Positions 38,253 through 49,480 of a stretch of 64,000 nucleotides of DNA are shown here, one piece after another. The DNA is from Sedimentisphaerales bacterium. GTDB taxonomy: Bacteria > Planctomycetota > Phycisphaerae > Sedimentisphaerales > SM23-30. A program made the position numbers and the translations under genes. The stretch lies in assembly GCA_963666285.1 (NCBI GenBank), contig OY762711.1; one strand, 5' to 3'. Under the pieces are notes generated by a model. The model saw only the letters and a program-made list of their open reading frames with translations, was not told the origin of the DNA and made no database searches. Positions within the stretch are counted from its first letter, which is position 1, and every line of letters starts with the position of its first letter.

Positions 38253-38693
38253 ATGAAAAATATTGAAGAAGTAAAAGCCTATATTACTGTTATATCAAGC
38301 ATTATCTCTGATTTACATCAGAATGACGAATTTCAGGAACAAATGACATCCTTGCGAATGATTGAATGTGAGGAAGAATTCAAGGGAGAGGATACAAGCA
38401 ATCATGTCTTTGATTATTTTGAATTGCATTCAATGGATATAGTTGGGTGTGCATCATGGGCTGAAAGTATGAAAAATAAAGTTGATGATTTAGAAAGTAA
38501 AATAAAAATTTTAAAAAGCTATTCTTTGTTTAATCAACCTAAGCTAATGGAATGGATTGTAAAAAATAAAGATAAATATCCAAAGTATGTCCAAAGTCAA
38601 TTATTGATAGACTATATTGGTCGTATTACACTTGACTTGTTTTTAGCATATCAAGAAGGCTTAAGTGATAGAAATGCCGTAATAGGCGAATAA
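38253..38693 (+). CDS. Hypothetical protein
   Basis: 146 aa ORF in AT-rich DNA; no recognisable motif. Confidence 0.55.
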   Translation: MKNIEEVKAYITVISSIISDLHQNDEFQEQMTSLRMIECEEEFKGEDTSNHVFDYFELHSMDIVGCASWAESMKNKVDDLESKIKILKSYSLFNQPKLMEWIVKNKDKYPKYVQSQLLIDYIGRITLDLFLAYQEGLSDRNAVIGE

Positions 38694-39764
38694 GTATCCG
38701 AATCTAAATGTTTTTCATCTGGCGTAAACTCTTTACAAGGGTGGAATGAGACATTGATAGAATTTTTTAATAAAGGAGCTCCATATTATGAGGATGTAGA
38801 TATCAATAAATCAAATGATGTCGGTTATAGCTATTCAAGTAAAACACATGTATGGTTACAAAGTAATGAGTTCTTGGATTGGGCAAAAATTGCTCAATTG
38901 GTGTTTGATAAGCGTAATTTTGAAGCAAAACTTAGGGAAAATCAATAATGAAATACGGTACAGTGATAATGTTGTTCTTAGTATTTGTGATACAATCAGC
39001 TCAAATAAAAGGCGAATATTTTAATGTTGAAAAAGATATAGAAAGTTATTCACATGTAAATGTATATATTTCGCCGCTAAAGATTGATAAAGTTGGTAAA
39101 AAAATATTATATTACAAACTATTGGAAAATACTTATGAAAATAGAAACATGATGAGGAATTTTACTTCGATAGAAACTATTGAAAATTATTGCATTACTA
39201 TTACGGAACATTATATAGGCAGTCCTTTTTCTATAAAAATAAAATCAATTTATACAAATGATGTACATCCTGTTTTAGGGAAGTATAGCTTTCTTAAATT
39301 GCCATCTAATAGTAGTATTATTGATATTACATGTAATATTAGTGGTTTCAAAGGTGATAATACGGAAAATCATTATTACGTATTAAAACATCCTTCAGGG
39401 TATTTACCGATGAAAGGCTGGCTGTTTGATGTGATCTACTATGATTGGGATATTAGTGAAAATCATTTTTTTGAGTTTGTGAATGTGTACTGGTTCAGCG
39501 TGAACTGGACAAATCCGTTTCCAATTTAATAGACTTTACGTCTTGATTTTAACAACATGTTTTGCCTTCGGCAAGGCTTTATTTTACAGGTTTTTTAAGG
39601 CATTACAAAGCTCTGAATGATCTTTGAAAATGGTGGCAGCGTGCAACCACCACCATAACGACAATTCGTCGCTCAGTTCCGGCTATCCCTGGCAGGTTGC
39701 ACCTCTGCAGAGCCTGCTTCCGTTTCGCCGGACAAATGCATTATCAATTACATCATTCAAACTG

Positions 39765-40628
39765 TCAAGCTGATTTCCGTTTCTGTTTTCGGGCTGCTCT
39801 GGCTGCTTCCAGCTTCCTGTCACGTTCGGCATGGATCGCCTCGGCTCTACCCTCAAGCTTATCAATCGGAGTAATATAACCTATCGCACTATGCAACCGT
39901 TTATTATTATAATGGTCAACAAAGTCTGTTACCAGACGCCGACCATCTTCCAGAGATAACGGCGTTTTTGGTCTAATACAGGTACTTTTGATAGTTTTAT
40001 GATACCTTTCCAACTTACCATTACTCTGTGGATAATACGGCGAGGTTCTTACATGTGTCATGCCGCTGAGCCTGATATATTCCTTGAAGTCTTTCGATAT
40101 AAACTGCGGTCCATTGTCAGAGATAATCCTAGGGTTTTCATCCGGGAACTTCTCCCTGGCTTTCTGCAAAATTATCTCTACATCGTATTCTTTCATTGCT
40201 TCACGGATCTCCCAGTGAACAATATAACGGCTGTAGCCGTCCAGAATACTGCACATGTAGTAAAACGTGCCGCAAATATTGAGGTAAGATATGTCTATAT
40301 GCCAATGGTCATGAGCCTGTATCGGCTGAACAAAACCGGTGCCTTTCTTGCTGGCTTTACGGTTCCACCTGTCCATATACCCGGCATCTTTCAATACCCG
40401 ATATACGCTGGAAGGACTTACTGCTACAATATCGGCATCCATCATCATATAACACAATCTGCGATAACCTTCTTTCGAATATCGGCGGAAATAATCTATT
40501 ATCGTCTGTCTCTCGGCTTCGGTCAGCCAGAAATCTCTCGGTATCAGACCATTATGCTCGTTTTCCATGCCGTATCGCTTCTTCCAGTTATAATATTTAC
40601 TGCGGGATATGCCCAGCCACTTTATCAT
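39765..40628 (-). CDS. IS3 OrfB (DDE transposase)
   Basis: WHIDISY, LDGYSRYIV, ISDNGPQF, PQSNGKLER, RLHSAIGY. Confidence 0.92.
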   Translation of the reverse strand: MIKWLGISRSKYYNWKKRYGMENEHNGLIPRDFWLTEAERQTIIDYFRRYSKEGYRRLCYMMMDADIVAVSPSSVYRVLKDAGYMDRWNRKASKKGTGFVQPIQAHDHWHIDISYLNICGTFYYMCSILDGYSRYIVHWEIREAMKEYDVEIILQKAREKFPDENPRIISDNGPQFISKDFKEYIRLSGMTHVRTSPYYPQSNGKLERYHKTIKSTCIRPKTPLSLEDGRRLVTDFVDHYNNKRLHSAIGYITPIDKLEGRAEAIHAERDRKLEAARAARKQKRKSA

Positions 40629-40717
40629 GACCTTGGCAACAATTTCAGTTCGGTTGGTCCAGTAGCCTACATAGTCAACTACCTGATCACGAACATCAGG
40701 TTCAGCCCAGGAACCAT

Positions 40718-41041
40718 TTAGTCCTCGCCAAGACTTTTTTTTAGCTTGATATGTGACTCCATAATCTCGGCAATTACTTCATCCTTTTGAGTTATCTTTG
40801 CCTGAAGTTGTGCATTTTGACGCTCTAATCGTTTATCATAAGGAACTTTTCGGCTCTTGGCCTGTTTTGTAAATGCCGCAGCTCCATTTTCAAAAAACTG
40901 CTTCTGCCAATTGTAAAATACATTAGGATTTAGACCGATTCGCTCGCATATCTCTGACACCGGAACGTTATCAACCAAATGCTCTTTGAGTAACTTTACC
41001 TTCTCTTCTGCTGAATAATTCTTACGCTTTGCCATGTACAT
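40718..41041 (-). CDS. IS3 OrfA
   Basis: RKNYSAEEK..VSEICE..FYNWQKQF; A8G -1 frameshift motif at 40742-40734. Confidence 0.88.
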   Translation of the reverse strand: MYMAKRKNYSAEEKVKLLKEHLVDNVPVSEICERIGLNPNVFYNWQKQFFENGAAAFTKQAKSRKVPYDKRLERQNAQLQAKITQKDEVIAEIMESHIKLKKSLGED

Positions 41042-41859
41042 TTCCTTTCTGCTAGACTATACTAACAATAATTCAGGAAATGTCCAATTCCAACTGAAGC
41101 AATACAAATGATAATCTGAGTAATTGTATTTTTTTTCCAGACCCTGAATTTATGGAAGAGTTTATAAGTGATCCTCTAGGTATATATATAATACCTTCAA
41201 ATGAATATGAAAGTGTTGTAAAAGAAATTATGTTAAAAATACCTGATATTCAATTTCAAAATAGTAATGTGAATAATCTGGTGGATTATCCTAAATATGA
41301 TGATGCAATAAAGGAATATCAAAACAAATATATTATCTATTTCCAAAATTCAATCTATATTTTAGATGTAATGATTGGAGATGGATTTTTAATTACTAAA
41401 ATGAATAAGTTGATGCAAGGACCGGAATATAATTCTTATCCTTTTATAAAAAAGCCTGGCCTCAATAACTCGCCTGGATTTACACCTGAAAAATGGTACG
41501 AAGGTAGAAAAAAACTATTAGATAAATATCATAATAACAATACCTTTGAAGATGTGATCTTGGAGATTCTAAAAAAACACGATATTCGTAAAGAAAAAAG
41601 TAGAAAAGATTTTCAATAGTGACTGTCGCGTAATGTGCAAATAATCATCTGGTTGCAAATAGTTGAATTCTAATAGGTTTGTGTCTTCCCTAAAAACTAA
41701 TCTGAGGTAAAAATAGCTTTGTTTTTATGAATATTCGATATAAATTAGCTCTTTGAAAAGTTGATATTGCCAGTGGAAGCTAGAGAAAATAATGAAAGAC
41801 AATATTTTTACGTTCTGTTCGCCATCTTTAATGGTCGTCTTAAACTTCGCTTCTCTCTT

Positions 41860-42572
41860 CTCCCTCTTCTCGGTGTCCATCTGCGTGAATCTGGTTCGGC
41901 TTTTCGGCATAGCCGTTTAAAACAAACTATCTGCGAATGCGGTCACCTCCATTACACGTTTTATTATACCCTTTACACTTTTAAAGCCTATGTCTTGACA
42001 CTCAACCGTTACCCATGTCCTGAACGAATTGGTTTAAACCTCTCACTTCTCGCTTCTTTCTTCTAACTCTTCTCATCCTTCAGATGCCGCAATTTTGATT
42101 GAACTTTACCTACGCGTTAGCCTTAAAACAAACCGTGAGCGACAGCGAATTATTCCTGATGTCAACGTACATCAGGACACCTCAATTCTTCACCCGCTTG
42201 CGACATGCGAAGCATACTTAGTTCTTCGTTCTTCACTCAATTATCTGGTTGGCCCAATTTTAAAAATAACAACTTACGTCAACCAACTCTCAAATCCGCG
42301 ATTCGCCGCAACTCTTTCCTGAACCCGCCATGCATTCGTTCTTATATCCCCGCACTCTTCTATTTCATTCCGTTTTTTAACCTCTCCTTCACCCGCCACT
42401 CTCACTTATAAATCAATTAGCCTCGGCCAAGCCGTTACCTTCCCTAATACCAAATACCCAACACCTAATACCTTCTTTCCCCCTGGGAACGCTGAGCACA
42501 AGCTCGGCACACTATTTAAAACAGGTCGCGTAAGCGACACCTTTTACCTCTTACTTTTTACCTGCCTTCCCA
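41860..42572 (-). repeat. Mosaic array B of non-coding modules
   Basis: Units at 42543-42515, 42183-42123, 41949-41916; block 42304-42393 is nearly identical to 9898-9987. Confidence 0.8.
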
Positions 42573-43040
42573 TCTCCGCTTCGTCCCCGTCCGTATACCG
42601 CCGCACCCATTCAACGTTCCGCCGTATACTGCCCGCGGCCCGCAATTCACCGCCGCTCAAATCCGTACCCCTTTTCACCGCCGTACACCCGCCGCGCTGC
42701 CCCGTATATATGCCGCACTCCCTCCGTCCCCCATCAATCTGCCGCGAGCGTCAGCGAGCAACCTTCCCTGGCACCTGAAACCAGATCCCTGACCCCTGAT
42801 TTTCTCGAAAAAATCACCGCGTTTTTACAACCACCAAAACGCGAAAATCTAAAATCTTCAAAAATTTTATCCACTTTACCATCAACACCTTACAATCTTC
42901 CACACCAACTATCCCGCCCAATAAATCAGCGCACTTTCGACATACCGTCCAATTGTAGAGAGCTAATAAAAAATGAGAACCAACAAAAATCAGCTCTCGC
43001 TAAAACATAACAACGACGAAAACTTCGTCTTTAACATAAA
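42573..43040 (-). repeat. ~470 bp non-coding leader-like repeat, copy B (inverted)
   Basis: Reverse complement aligns with 8950-9417. Confidence 0.9.
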
Positions 43041-43108
43041 AAAGTGATCTATAAAAATCGAATATTGAAGCTTGTTTTTATGCTGTGCTATACCGTATCA
43101 TTTAGCGT

Positions 43109-43900
43109 ATGACAAACAAGATAACAATCATGGGCAGCGGCACAAGTATGGGCGTACCAAGGGTAGGCTGCCATTGCGAGGTATGCACCAGTACCGACCC
43201 TCGCGATAAACGTTCACGTAGCAGTAGTTTAGTAGAGATCAACGGCAAACGAATTCTTATCGACACTCCGCCCGAACTTAGACTGCAATGCCTGGCAAAC
43301 AATATCCACAATATCGATGCATGTCTCATAACGCACGCTCACGCCGACCATATCATGGGCATGGACGATCTTCGTGGATTTACTAAATCTCAAAAGAAGC
43401 CGCTTGACGTTTGGGTTAGTTCTCTCCATTATGAAAATGTTCAAAGGATATTCGGCTATACCGACGTCAAATACACTGGCGGCAATAAAGACCTGCCTCA
43501 ACTGATATTCCGGCAATTTCCACCTGACAGACTATTCCAGATCTCTGACATCGACATCGTTCCCATTGAGCTCGACCATGTGACAGTTAACAACGTTGGT
43601 AAGATGAAATCTATCGGGTTCCGGTTTGGCGATCTGGGCTATTGCACCGATCTCAGCGGCATGACCGATTCTCAAATCGAGATTCTGAAAGGCGTTAAAG
43701 TACTAATCTTAGGCGTGTTACGGCATAAACCCCATCCCGCACACCTTAATACCGACCAGGCAATACAAATCAGCAGGGCTATCGGTGCCGAACGGACATT
43801 CTTTACCCATCTCGGCCATAAGATTCTCCACGAACGTGAGGAGCGGCTGCTACCGGACAATATCCGGATAGCTTATGACGGGCTTACTATCGAGTGGTAA
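43109..43900 (+). CDS. MBL-fold metallo-hydrolase, PhnP-like
   Basis: GSGTSMGVP..GCHCEVC, LIDT, THAHADH, YCTD, HL, AYDGL. Confidence 0.92.
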   Translation: MTNKITIMGSGTSMGVPRVGCHCEVCTSTDPRDKRSRSSSLVEINGKRILIDTPPELRLQCLANNIHNIDACLITHAHADHIMGMDDLRGFTKSQKKPLDVWVSSLHYENVQRIFGYTDVKYTGGNKDLPQLIFRQFPPDRLFQISDIDIVPIELDHVTVNNVGKMKSIGFRFGDLGYCTDLSGMTDSQIEILKGVKVLILGVLRHKPHPAHLNTDQAIQISRAIGAERTFFTHLGHKILHEREERLLPDNIRIAYDGLTIEW

Positions 43901-43937
43901 GACCAGCACGATTCCATACTTGCCTTATTATTCAAAG

Positions 43938-43972
43938 AAAAAAACAACCTGCCAAAATATATGACAGGTTGT
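43938..43972 (-). terminator. Terminator hairpin between convergent genes
   Basis: ACAACCTG(c)CA..TG(a)CAGGTTGT preceded by an A-run (T-tract on the minus strand). Confidence 0.6.
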
Positions 43973-43997
43973 AATAAAGTTTCATGACGCGAAGCTA

Positions 43998-44065
43998 TTA
44001 AAATAAGCTGTGAGCCGTCAGGTGAACACCGCAGCTCTTCACTCTTAGTTTTTCACTCTTCACTT
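43998..44065 (-). repeat. Solo array-type module
   Basis: Minus strand GGTGTTCACCTGACGGCTCACAGCTTATTTTAA, similar to 10102-10135 and preceded by heptad repeats. Confidence 0.65.
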
Positions 44066-44094
44066 CTTATCAAACTGACCTCGGTTAGTTTGAG

Positions 44095-46494
44095 CTAGTT
44101 ACAATAACTTTCCGGATAATAACCGCAGTCCAGCCAGCTGGAGGCTATCACTGACATGTCTTCCAGGTTGACCAGACAGTCGCCGGTTATATCTCCCAAT
44201 GGCGTTGAACTGCATGTTGCACAAGTAGCTATCACTGGCAGTATCAACTCTGGCGTATCGGGATCGTTACTGTAAATTGTTATATTGTCGGAATATGATA
44301 TTTCACTTTCACAAACCGCACTGCAATCACTGGCCAGGCATATTGTTAATGTCGAATTCGGCAGTATCTCTATAGGAAACTGCATATCGATAGTTAGCCA
44401 TGCAGGCAGGTTGATGCCGCTGATGCTGAGTGTTTGGCCGCCTGTGTTATTGATCGATATTGACTCGCCGTCGCATGGGTATGCGGCTTCGAGTGCACTT
44501 TCAAGGTTGATAAGTGGGGTATAGATATCCGATTTGGGGTCATAAGTCATGGTTCCGGTATCAACCAGCAGGTTTCTTATTTCGCTTGGACTGAGGTAAC
44601 TACCGGTATTTTGGTATGAATACTGCTGGATGACGGCGACTACGCCCGCAACATAAGGTGTTGCGGCAGATGTACCCGCGAAACCTGTTGTATAGTCAGA
44701 GGAGTTATCATAACCGCCAGAACCGGTTATGTCTGTTGTTGTTACAGAATACGATGGGGCCAGTACATCTAGAATATCTGCTGAGTTTGAATAGCAGTTA
44801 ACTTCGCCGGATATCGCGTTGGTATCGTAGCATATATAGCCGGTATCGCATTCGGGATAGGATTCGGCGATACATGATGTGGAATCTATGCACCAGCCGC
44901 CAGATGATAATGACCTGTCATAAACTGCTCCAACCGAGATAATGGTACTTATACACGCTGGTTCGGATATCGAATCACAGTAGCCTTCATTTCCTGATGC
45001 GGCAACGATGGTAATACCTGCATTTGTGGCGTTACCGGCTGCTGTTGTAAGCAGCACAGTGCTATTGTCGCAGATATTACTGAACTTGCTGCCGCCGAGA
45101 CTGACGCTGATGACCATGATCGGATTGTCTTGATCGGCATATTGATTCGTAACGCACCAGTCCCAGGATGCGGCAATTGAATCATCATACATATATTCTT
45201 CAGAGCCTTCGGTTACTTTTAACGCATATAGCTTCGCTCCTGGAGCAACTCCGCCTATATAGTCGCCGTAGCTGCCGATGAAGCCGGCGGCAATACCCGC
45301 ACAGGCGGTGCCATGTGCTTCGTAATATGGATAAGGATCTGAATCATCATCTCCGAAGTCATAACCGCCTATAACCTTGTCATTTGGAAAACTTGCACCG
45401 CCCAGCATTGGGTGAGTATAGTCGATGCCGGTATCACAGATTGCGATAGATATGCCGCTGCCGGTAGTGGCGGAACGGCTGTCGAAAGCGTTAATAAGCG
45501 GCAGTCCCTGCGCGGTAAAGCATTTATACTTTCTGGCTGGTTCGATTGAAGCTATATTATCTTCTGCCAAAAGATCGTTGAGCTGATCGACTGTAACATT
45601 CGCAGAAAACGATGGAATATTATCATATTCGTGATGTGTTTTGAAACTTTTTTTGCCTTTATACTTGTCTAGTACAACATCGCGAACCTGTTTGACTTTT
45701 GAGCGAAATGCTTTTGTGCTTTTACCTTTTACCAGGGCAGCTTTTGTATCAGCAACAAGTGATTCTTTGAGATTTACTATCACTCTTGCTGTTCCCTGTT
45801 CATCAAACATTTCATTTATTGCTTCTTTGTCGATTAACCGGGAAGTTGATTCCTTTTGTTGGGTACTGCTTGACGCTGCCAGGGTAGAAACCGATTGACT
45901 ATCGCTGCAGTCAATGTGAAGTTCGCTGGTACTAAGTGAGATATCTGGTTCAGCATTAGCATAGTAGACTTTTAAGGTCATTTCATTTAGCTGGCCGGTA
46001 TCGTCCTCCAATACGTCTCTAAATTGGTAAAACCATACCTGGTTTGGGTCATCGCCGGTAAATGTGGTAGTATTTGTAATAGTTTCATCAATATCTTCAA
46101 CGTTATTATCTAAATCTGAACTGTGGATAGACCATAGTTTTGTATCATTTTCTAGCTGGATGTCGAGATCGCCGGTGTAGGTATGAGTGTATGAATGAGA
46201 TATTTCTACTTTCGTAACAGCTTTTCCTACTGGAATTATTCCATTTGGGTCACAGCTGATTATGGTCCAGTTAAGATTTTCATCTGGTATATAAATTGGC
46301 CCGGTATATGTCCAGGTTGCAACGTATTCGATTGCTTGCGGTGTGATTTTACCCGCCAGGTTGACCGAACCGGTATGATTTTCTACGAGATGAATCTCTG
46401 GCTGGTTCAAAATGATAGTATCAGCTCGGCTGGAGGTGGAAATGGATATAGAGACAAATAACGCAAGTAATATGAAGAATAGGCTTTTATTCAT
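44095..46494 (-). CDS. Secreted S8 (subtilisin-like) serine peptidase with P-domain and dockerin-like tail
   Basis: Catalytic DTG, HGTACAG, GTSAATP; HTYTGDL P-domain; GDITGDCLVNLEDM. Confidence 0.92.
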   Translation of the reverse strand: MNKSLFFILLALFVSISISTSSRADTIILNQPEIHLVENHTGSVNLAGKITPQAIEYVATWTYTGPIYIPDENLNWTIISCDPNGIIPVGKAVTKVEISHSYTHTYTGDLDIQLENDTKLWSIHSSDLDNNVEDIDETITNTTTFTGDDPNQVWFYQFRDVLEDDTGQLNEMTLKVYYANAEPDISLSTSELHIDCSDSQSVSTLAASSSTQQKESTSRLIDKEAINEMFDEQGTARVIVNLKESLVADTKAALVKGKSTKAFRSKVKQVRDVVLDKYKGKKSFKTHHEYDNIPSFSANVTVDQLNDLLAEDNIASIEPARKYKCFTAQGLPLINAFDSRSATTGSGISIAICDTGIDYTHPMLGGASFPNDKVIGGYDFGDDDSDPYPYYEAHGTACAGIAAGFIGSYGDYIGGVAPGAKLYALKVTEGSEEYMYDDSIAASWDWCVTNQYADQDNPIMVISVSLGGSKFSNICDNSTVLLTTAAGNATNAGITIVAASGNEGYCDSISEPACISTIISVGAVYDRSLSSGGWCIDSTSCIAESYPECDTGYICYDTNAISGEVNCYSNSADILDVLAPSYSVTTTDITGSGGYDNSSDYTTGFAGTSAATPYVAGVVAVIQQYSYQNTGSYLSPSEIRNLLVDTGTMTYDPKSDIYTPLINLESALEAAYPCDGESISINNTGGQTLSISGINLPAWLTIDMQFPIEILPNSTLTICLASDCSAVCESEISYSDNITIYSNDPDTPELILPVIATCATCSSTPLGDITGDCLVNLEDMSVIASSWLDCGYYPESYCN

Positions 46495-46784
46495 TAATTT
46501 CTCCTCATTTTTCTTTTCTTTTCATTTCCTTGGAACTCAATTATATTGATATAATTTGATTATATCTAAATAGTTATATCATTCCAAAGATAAATAATCA
46601 AATTGGCTATTTGTATGAATAATATCGGTGTTTTCGATGATGGACTTTGGAGTATTTTTTATAATTCGTTTTAATTATTGTATTTATGGTCTGTTGTGCC
46701 GGTTGTTAAAAAGGGGGGAGTCTACTTGAGGAATTGGCCGAATTTTGTAATATGTGGCGTAAGTTATTAATTTGTATGCCCATT

Positions 46785-47774
46785 TTATTCGGCAAGTATC
46801 TGGTCTATGAGTTTTAGTTCATCATGAGAGAACTCTATATTGTTTAGAGCAGCGACGTTGTCCAATATTTGTTGTGAGCTGCTGGCTCCGATCAAAACAG
46901 AGGTTACCGCCGGCTCACGGGCAACCCAAGCGAGAGCCATTTGTGCCATAGTCTGGCTGCGTTTTGTTGCTAAGTCGTTTAGCTTTGTTACCTTACCGAG
47001 CAGCTCCTGGGTGATCTGCTCTCTTTTGAGAAATTCACTTTTTGTGGCTCGTGACCCGTCTGGTATGCCCTTGAGGTATTTGTCGGTTAGCATGCCGCCG
47101 GCCAGGGGCGAAAAAGCGATGATTCCCATGCCAAGGTCCTGGGCTATGTCGAAGACATCATCGTCTTTGAATGGGTGTATCAGCATTGAATGTCGCAGCT
47201 GCTCAACGATACAAGGCACATTTCTTTCTGTTAGAATTGCGTGCATATCACGTGCATCTTCTTTATAGTATTTTGATATGCCGATATATAGTGCTTTGCC
47301 GGAGCGAACTATCTGCTCCAGTGCTTCAGCTGTTTCTTCCATAGGTGTTTCAGGGGTAGGGCGATGATGGTAAAAAATGTCGACATAGTCAAGCCCCATA
47401 CGTTTTAGGCTCTGGTTTAGACTGCTGATGAGGTATTTTTTGCTGCCGCCGTCTCCATATGGCCCCGGCCACATATAATGCCCGGCTTTGGTGGCGATAC
47501 AGAGTTCATCGCGATATTCTGCCAGGTCTTGTTTGAGTATCTGACCGAAGGTGGTTTCTGCTGCTCCCGGCGGTGGGCCGTAATTATTAGCCAGGTCAAT
47601 GTGGTTTATGCCGTGGTCAAAAGCGGTAAAAATCATATTACGGCAATTTTCAAAGTCGTCTTCAGGGCCGAAATTATGCCAGAGCCCAAGTGAAATTGCC
47701 GAAATTTGCAGGCCTGATTGACCGCAAAAGTTGTATTGCATATTATCGTATCGATTGCTATTTGGTGTGTGCAT
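46785..47774 (-). CDS. Aldo/keto reductase, YghZ/Gpr (L-glyceraldehyde-3-phosphate reductase)-like
   Basis: ISLGLWHNFG, DLANNYGPPPG, TKAG..MWPGPYG, YVDIFYHHR, GKALYIGIS. Confidence 0.92.
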   Translation of the reverse strand: MHTPNSNRYDNMQYNFCGQSGLQISAISLGLWHNFGPEDDFENCRNMIFTAFDHGINHIDLANNYGPPPGAAETTFGQILKQDLAEYRDELCIATKAGHYMWPGPYGDGGSKKYLISSLNQSLKRMGLDYVDIFYHHRPTPETPMEETAEALEQIVRSGKALYIGISKYYKEDARDMHAILTERNVPCIVEQLRHSMLIHPFKDDDVFDIAQDLGMGIIAFSPLAGGMLTDKYLKGIPDGSRATKSEFLKREQITQELLGKVTKLNDLATKRSQTMAQMALAWVAREPAVTSVLIGASSSQQILDNVAALNNIEFSHDELKLIDQILAE

Positions 47775-47782
47775 GATAGTAC

Positions 47783-49480
47783 TTAAATCTTGATGTTAGA
47801 GTTATCTTTGTTCCCCATTTTCAATAGACTTTTGATAATTATTATAGTGTCTGGGGAGCCATTTGAATAGTTAAAACCAGAAACTGTCGATATTTGCTGA
47901 TTTTTCACAAGTTCGGGAGCTATTTTATTATAAGCTTCCTGTGAGATTATAAGAATGGCATTTTGAGTGGAGTTAAACCATTTGACAGCCTGTTTGCTGT
48001 TTAGCGGTTCAATATGACGTGCGATGTAGAAGTTTAATGAAGGTTCTTTATAGGAGCAGTATCCTACCGGATCAGAGGCGTCAGAGTTATTAATAACGGC
48101 TTTGGCAACTTGTGGTGATATTTTAGTTGAGTCGATAGCAGGCAATACGACAATCAGGATGACTGGAACAACAACAATTAGGGTGTTAACTAATGACCGG
48201 GTACTGTTTTGGGTGTCTTCTCGTAATTGGTATTTATTGATTTTGGTACCACCGATAAGCAATAATATGCCTGCTAAGGGGCCGGCGATATATGACAGTA
48301 AGCCGGATTTTATGATAAATGGCAGGGCGATAAGTGCAAGAGCAAAAGCACTATTAATAATGCCAAAGAACCATATCCCGCCGCGTAGCCATTTTCTGTC
48401 CCGATTTGAAAGATTAACGTTATTTCTATCCAGCAGTGCGGCTGTAATGATAGCCAGTGCCGGAAATGAAAGTATAATATAGTGCGGCAGTTTAGTTGCT
48501 ATCAGGGTCATTAGAATAATAACAGGCATGATCCATCCCAGAACTAGCAGTTTCCCGGTAGAACCATTAAGTCGTGAGCCGAGCGAAGCAGAAATTGCCG
48601 CCGGCAGGTGCAGTGTCCATGGGAAGAAAATAAGAGGAATTACGACAAAATAATATGGCAGATACAGGAAGAAATTTCCGCCATGCGATTCCATTGCCGA
48701 AGTGGACCTGCCTATGACGTGCTTACCTATACCCATCCGGTAAAATTCGCCGTTAGTAGCGTTGTTAGCCGGTATTGCCCAGAGTAGAAATATACCGGCT
48801 GAAATAACCATTGCCAGTAAGGTCGGCCCAAAAATAGGCCAGAATCTTATGCCTTGCCTGCGTTTTAATAATAAGGTCGTCATGATTACTAGTGCTGGCA
48901 GATAGCCAACCGGCCCTTTAGCTAGAAGGGCAAAGGCAAACGCTGCTGCCATGTATATTGTGTCAACCGGTGAGACTTTTCCGCGGTCAAGAGAGCGGTA
49001 GAAAATCATAATAACTGCCGTCATTGCAGGCAACAATATAGAGTCTGCGGTTGCAAAGGTTCCGATTGTGAAAATCAGCAGGTTTGAAGCAAGAATTCCG
49101 ATAGCAATATATGCCGTGCGGGTACAGAATAGCCGTCTTGCGATAAAAAAAGTGAACAAACAGGTGAAAGCAGTCCCAAATGCGGCAATAAACCGTACGG
49201 GAAATGAGTGTGGTCCCAAAAAACTGAAAATTCGGACCGGTACCGACATGAGCCAGTATATCATGATAGGTTTGTCAGGTCTAAGTTCACCATTAAAAGT
49301 AGGATAGAGATAGTTGCCGGTCTCGACCATTTCATATGCGGCACTCGCAAAACGCGGCTCATCGCGGTCCCAGAGTGTCGATCTGGCAGCGGCAAACAGA
49401 TAAATGACAATGATAAATATAAGTATCAGAAAAAGTATTTTATATTGAGATACGCAGTTGATTGTTTCTTTATTACTCAC
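47783..49480 (-). CDS. ArnT/PMT-like (GT-C) membrane glycosyltransferase
   Basis: LWDRDEPRF..EM, RPDKP, LAKGPVG, FFPW, TKLPHYI; start uncertain (GTG 49480; ORF extends to 49573). Confidence 0.85.
   Translation of the reverse strand: MSNKETINCVSQYKILFLILIFIIVIYLFAAARSTLWDRDEPRFASAAYEMVETGNYLYPTFNGELRPDKPIMIYWLMSVPVRIFSFLGPHSFPVRFIAAFGTAFTCLFTFFIARRLFCTRTAYIAIGILASNLLIFTIGTFATADSILLPAMTAVIMIFYRSLDRGKVSPVDTIYMAAAFAFALLAKGPVGYLPALVIMTTLLLKRRQGIRFWPIFGPTLLAMVISAGIFLLWAIPANNATNGEFYRMGIGKHVIGRSTSAMESHGGNFFLYLPYYFVVIPLIFFPWTLHLPAAISASLGSRLNGSTGKLLVLGWIMPVIILMTLIATKLPHYIILSFPALAIITAALLDRNNVNLSNRDRKWLRGGIWFFGIINSAFALALIALPFIIKSGLLSYIAGPLAGILLLIGGTKINKYQLREDTQNSTRSLVNTLIVVVPVILIVVLPAIDSTKISPQVAKAVINNSDASDPVGYCSYKEPSLNFYIARHIEPLNSKQAVKWFNSTQNAILIISQEAYNKIAPELVKNQQISTVSGFNYSNGSPDTIIIIKSLLKMGNKDNSNIKI

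Larger units (their letters stand above)
39486..41106 (-). mobile_element. IS3 family insertion sequence (second type)
   Basis: TIRs TGTACTGGTTCAGCGTGAACTGGACA / TGTCCAATTCCAACTGAAGCAATACA; 4 bp direct repeat AATG. Confidence 0.92.
38948..41619 (+). pseudogene. Hypothetical secreted protein (348 aa when reconstituted) split by IS3
   Basis: Removing the IS and one AATG joins FEFVN|DNLSNCIFFPDPEF-MEEF in frame with ORF 41152..41619. Confidence 0.85.

Noticed and set aside
38754..38948. 64 aa ORF as a gene
   Set aside because: TTG start, short, no recognisable motif; could be a fragment but cannot be supported
39999..40721. 240 aa antisense ORF and other opposite-strand ORFs over real genes
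   Set aside because: Shadow ORFs of well-supported CDSs
42514..42541. Xer dif-like sites (GGTG...TTTTAAAT units; TTATGTTAAA at the leader B edge)
   Set aside because: One unit fits the 11-6-11 length, but arm matches are weak and spacing varies among units; not supportable as dif
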